Part shown: piece after piece, positions 62,076 through 64,000 of the stretch
Layout of the letters: each line of letters begins with the position of its first letter
Position numbering within the stretch: position 1 is the first letter of the stretch
NCBI GenBank assembly: GCA_024222895.1
Contig: JAAEOR010000188.1
Coordinates: forward strand, 3,286 to 67,285
DNA length: 64,000 nucleotides
Source: Hyphomicrobiales bacterium
GTDB lineage: Bacteria > Pseudomonadota > Alphaproteobacteria > Rhizobiales > Kaistiaceae
Direction of reading: 5' to 3'
The notes under the pieces: model-generated
Told to the model about the DNA's origin: nothing
Databases searched by the model: none
The model's input: the letters and a program-made list of their open reading frames with translations, nothing else
Translations under genes and position numbers: made by a program

Positions 62076-62663
62076 CTAATGTCTTGGGTCGTCACGAACC
62101 AGGCCATACAGAAGGTGGTCTTGCCAGCGACCATCAATGCACAGGAACTTGCGCGCGTAACCCTCACGCTGGAACCCGACCCGTTCGAGCAGCCTGATCG
62201 AGGCAACATTGTGCGGCAGACAGGCGGCCTCGATCCGGTTCAGGTGCAGCGTATCGAATGAGAAAGCGACAATCGCGCGAACGGCGGCCCCCATGAATCC
62301 CTTGCCGGCAAATGGCACGCCCATCCAGTAGCCAAGCACTGCTGACTGCGCCACGCCACGCTGAACCTGGGACAGAGTGAGGCCGCCGAAAAGCGTTTCC
62401 CCGTCCGGGGAATAGACGAACAGTGGATAACCCGTGCCATTTCGGATCTCACGCTGGTAGCGGCGTATCCTGCGGCGATATGCCAGCCGCGTCAGGTCAT
62501 CCGCCGGCCAAACCGGCTCCCAAGGTGCCAGAAAAGAGCGGCTATCCTCGCGGAGCTTGGCCCACTGCGGATAGTCGGCCAGCGCGGGAACACGCAGGAG
62601 AACACGGTCGGCGCGGATCGTTGGATTGATGTTGACGGTTGAGATCGAACGCAGGAACGCCAT
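62076..62663 (-). CDS. RimJ-like ribosomal-protein N-acetyltransferase (GNAT)
   Basis: 'FL.PWEP', 'LGYW.G..F.GKG.M', 'N.AS..LLE..GF..EG', 'WQDH'. Confidence 0.88.
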   Translation of the reverse strand: MAFLRSISTVNINPTIRADRVLLRVPALADYPQWAKLREDSRSFLAPWEPVWPADDLTRLAYRRRIRRYQREIRNGTGYPLFVYSPDGETLFGGLTLSQVQRGVAQSAVLGYWMGVPFAGKGFMGAAVRAIVAFSFDTLHLNRIEAACLPHNVASIRLLERVGFQREGYARKFLCIDGRWQDHLLYGLVRDDPRH

Positions 62664-62668
62664 GTTGC

Positions 62669-63946
62669 TCAGCCAGACTTGGCCCCTCCACCGAGGCGCG
62701 CGGAAATCGCGTCCAGACCCATCATTCCGTTGGCGGGGCCCACGGTCGCCAGCGTTGGTGCACGGCCGCGGAATATGCGTGACGCCAGGTCCCGCAGGTC
62801 GGCAACGCTGATGGCTTCGACCCGCTGGACGAGTTCTTCCGGCGGGATCACCCGACCAAACAACAGGAGTTGCCGGGCAAGTTGGCCGGCGCGGGCCGCG
62901 GGGCTTTCCAGGGTCATCAGGAGGCCGGCGCGCAACTGGGCGCGAGCGCGTTTGAGTTCCTTCTCATTGACATCCTCGGCGACCCGGGCAAGCTCATCGA
63001 TCATCACCGGCATCAGTTCGTCAACGTCCTCCGGACCGGTAGCGGCGTGGATCCCGAATACGCCGGTGTCCGCGAAGCTCCAGTGGAATGCGTAAATCGA
63101 GTAACACAGGCCGCGTTTCTCGCGTACCTCCTGGAACAGTCGGGACGACATGCCGCCCCCAATAATCGCCGCCAGGATTTGTGCCGTGTAGAAGTCGTCG
63201 GAACCGTAGCGCATCCCTTCGAAGCCCAGCATAATCTGGGTTTCCATAAGGTCGCGCTGTTCCCGGCTTTCACCACCCTGATAGGTTGCTCCCACCGGCG
63301 CCGGGCCGGCCTCCCTGGCGAGATTGCCGAAGGCTTCGGCGGCAAGATCAATGAGCTTGTCATGGCCGATCGATCCAGCCGCCGCGACGACCATGCCCGG
63401 GCCGCGATAGTGACGATCGAGGTACTCGCCGAGCATCGGCGATCCGGCCGCCTTTACCGTTTCCGCCGTTCCAAGGATCGTCCGCCCGATTGGCTGGCCA
63501 GGGAAGGCCGTTTCCGCAAAGTTGTCGTAGACCCGTTCTTCAGGAGTATCCATGGCGGCACCGATCTCCTGGAGGATCACGTGCTGTTCGCGGGCCAGTT
63601 CGGCAGGATCGAAGACGGAATTGGATAGAATGTCGCTGAGGATATCCAGCGCGAGAGGAACGTCGTCCTTGAGTACGCGCGCGTAATAGGACGTGGTCTC
63701 GACGCTCGTCGCGGCGTTGACCTCGCCACCCACTGCCTCGATTTCCTCGGCGATGTCGGTGGCTGATCGGCTGTGGGTGCCCTTGAACGCCATGTGTTCA
63801 AGTAAGTGCGACAGACCGTGCTCGTTCTCGTGTTCCGAGCGCGAGCCAGCCCCAACCCAAACTCCCAGGGCGGCGCTTTCCAGATGATCCATCTGATGAG
63901 TAACGACTCTGAGGCCAGACTCCAGACTCGTCTCGCGTACCGTCAT
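62669..63946 (-). CDS. M16 family Zn peptidase (MPP-like, catalytic)
   Basis: Inverted zincin 'HLLEHMAFKGT', 'SSRLFQEVREKRGLCYS'. Confidence 0.92.
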   Translation of the reverse strand: MTVRETSLESGLRVVTHQMDHLESAALGVWVGAGSRSEHENEHGLSHLLEHMAFKGTHSRSATDIAEEIEAVGGEVNAATSVETTSYYARVLKDDVPLALDILSDILSNSVFDPAELAREQHVILQEIGAAMDTPEERVYDNFAETAFPGQPIGRTILGTAETVKAAGSPMLGEYLDRHYRGPGMVVAAAGSIGHDKLIDLAAEAFGNLAREAGPAPVGATYQGGESREQRDLMETQIMLGFEGMRYGSDDFYTAQILAAIIGGGMSSRLFQEVREKRGLCYSIYAFHWSFADTGVFGIHAATGPEDVDELMPVMIDELARVAEDVNEKELKRARAQLRAGLLMTLESPAARAGQLARQLLLFGRVIPPEELVQRVEAISVADLRDLASRIFRGRAPTLATVGPANGMMGLDAISARLGGGAKSG

Positions 63947-63950
63947 GGGT

Positions 63951-64000
63951 TCAAACCTCATTCCTCACAGCTCTGGCATTCGCCAACAGGAAATCCTCAA
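63951..64000 (-). CDS. C-terminal fragment of upstream gene, probably threonine synthase
   Basis: Minus frame ...EDFLLANARAVRNEV*. Identity inferred only from the usual thrC-M16-rimJ order in Rhizobiales. Confidence 0.4.
   Translation of the reverse strand, partial: EDFLLANARAVRNEV

Overview
GC-rich alphaproteobacterial chromosome segment. Gene content and order point to Hyphomicrobiales/Rhizobiales (inference). It is almost entirely core housekeeping DNA: a pmbA-cysQ-waaA-lpxK lipid A cluster, AsmA, mutL, purD/ubiA, a DnaJ/CbpA-like gene, Sua5, an acyl-CoA dehydrogenase/crotonase/HDAC/xseB run, dxs-tlyA, ribB-aroC-fabI, pdxH, a KefB/C-like antiporter, tldD, the aa3 cytochrome c oxidase operon, ispH-thrB-rnhA, an RgsP-like GGDEF/EAL protein and M16 peptidases. 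I saw no tRNA, rRNA, CRISPR array, prophage or intact transposase. The items most worth follow-up are small-scale: (1) a ~160-nt rod-like structured RNA candidate upstream of aroC; (2) a CapA-family gene inserted antisense inside the cox operon; (3) an FNR/FixK-box-preceded two-gene unit (unannotated 54-aa membrane protein + DsbB-like); (4) a membrane domain fused in-frame to PurD; (5) several distinct families of short palindromic intergenic elements that repeatedly sit on stop codons, plus a hairpin covering the apparent mutL ribosome-binding site. All assignments come from motif recognition by eye; no database search was run.
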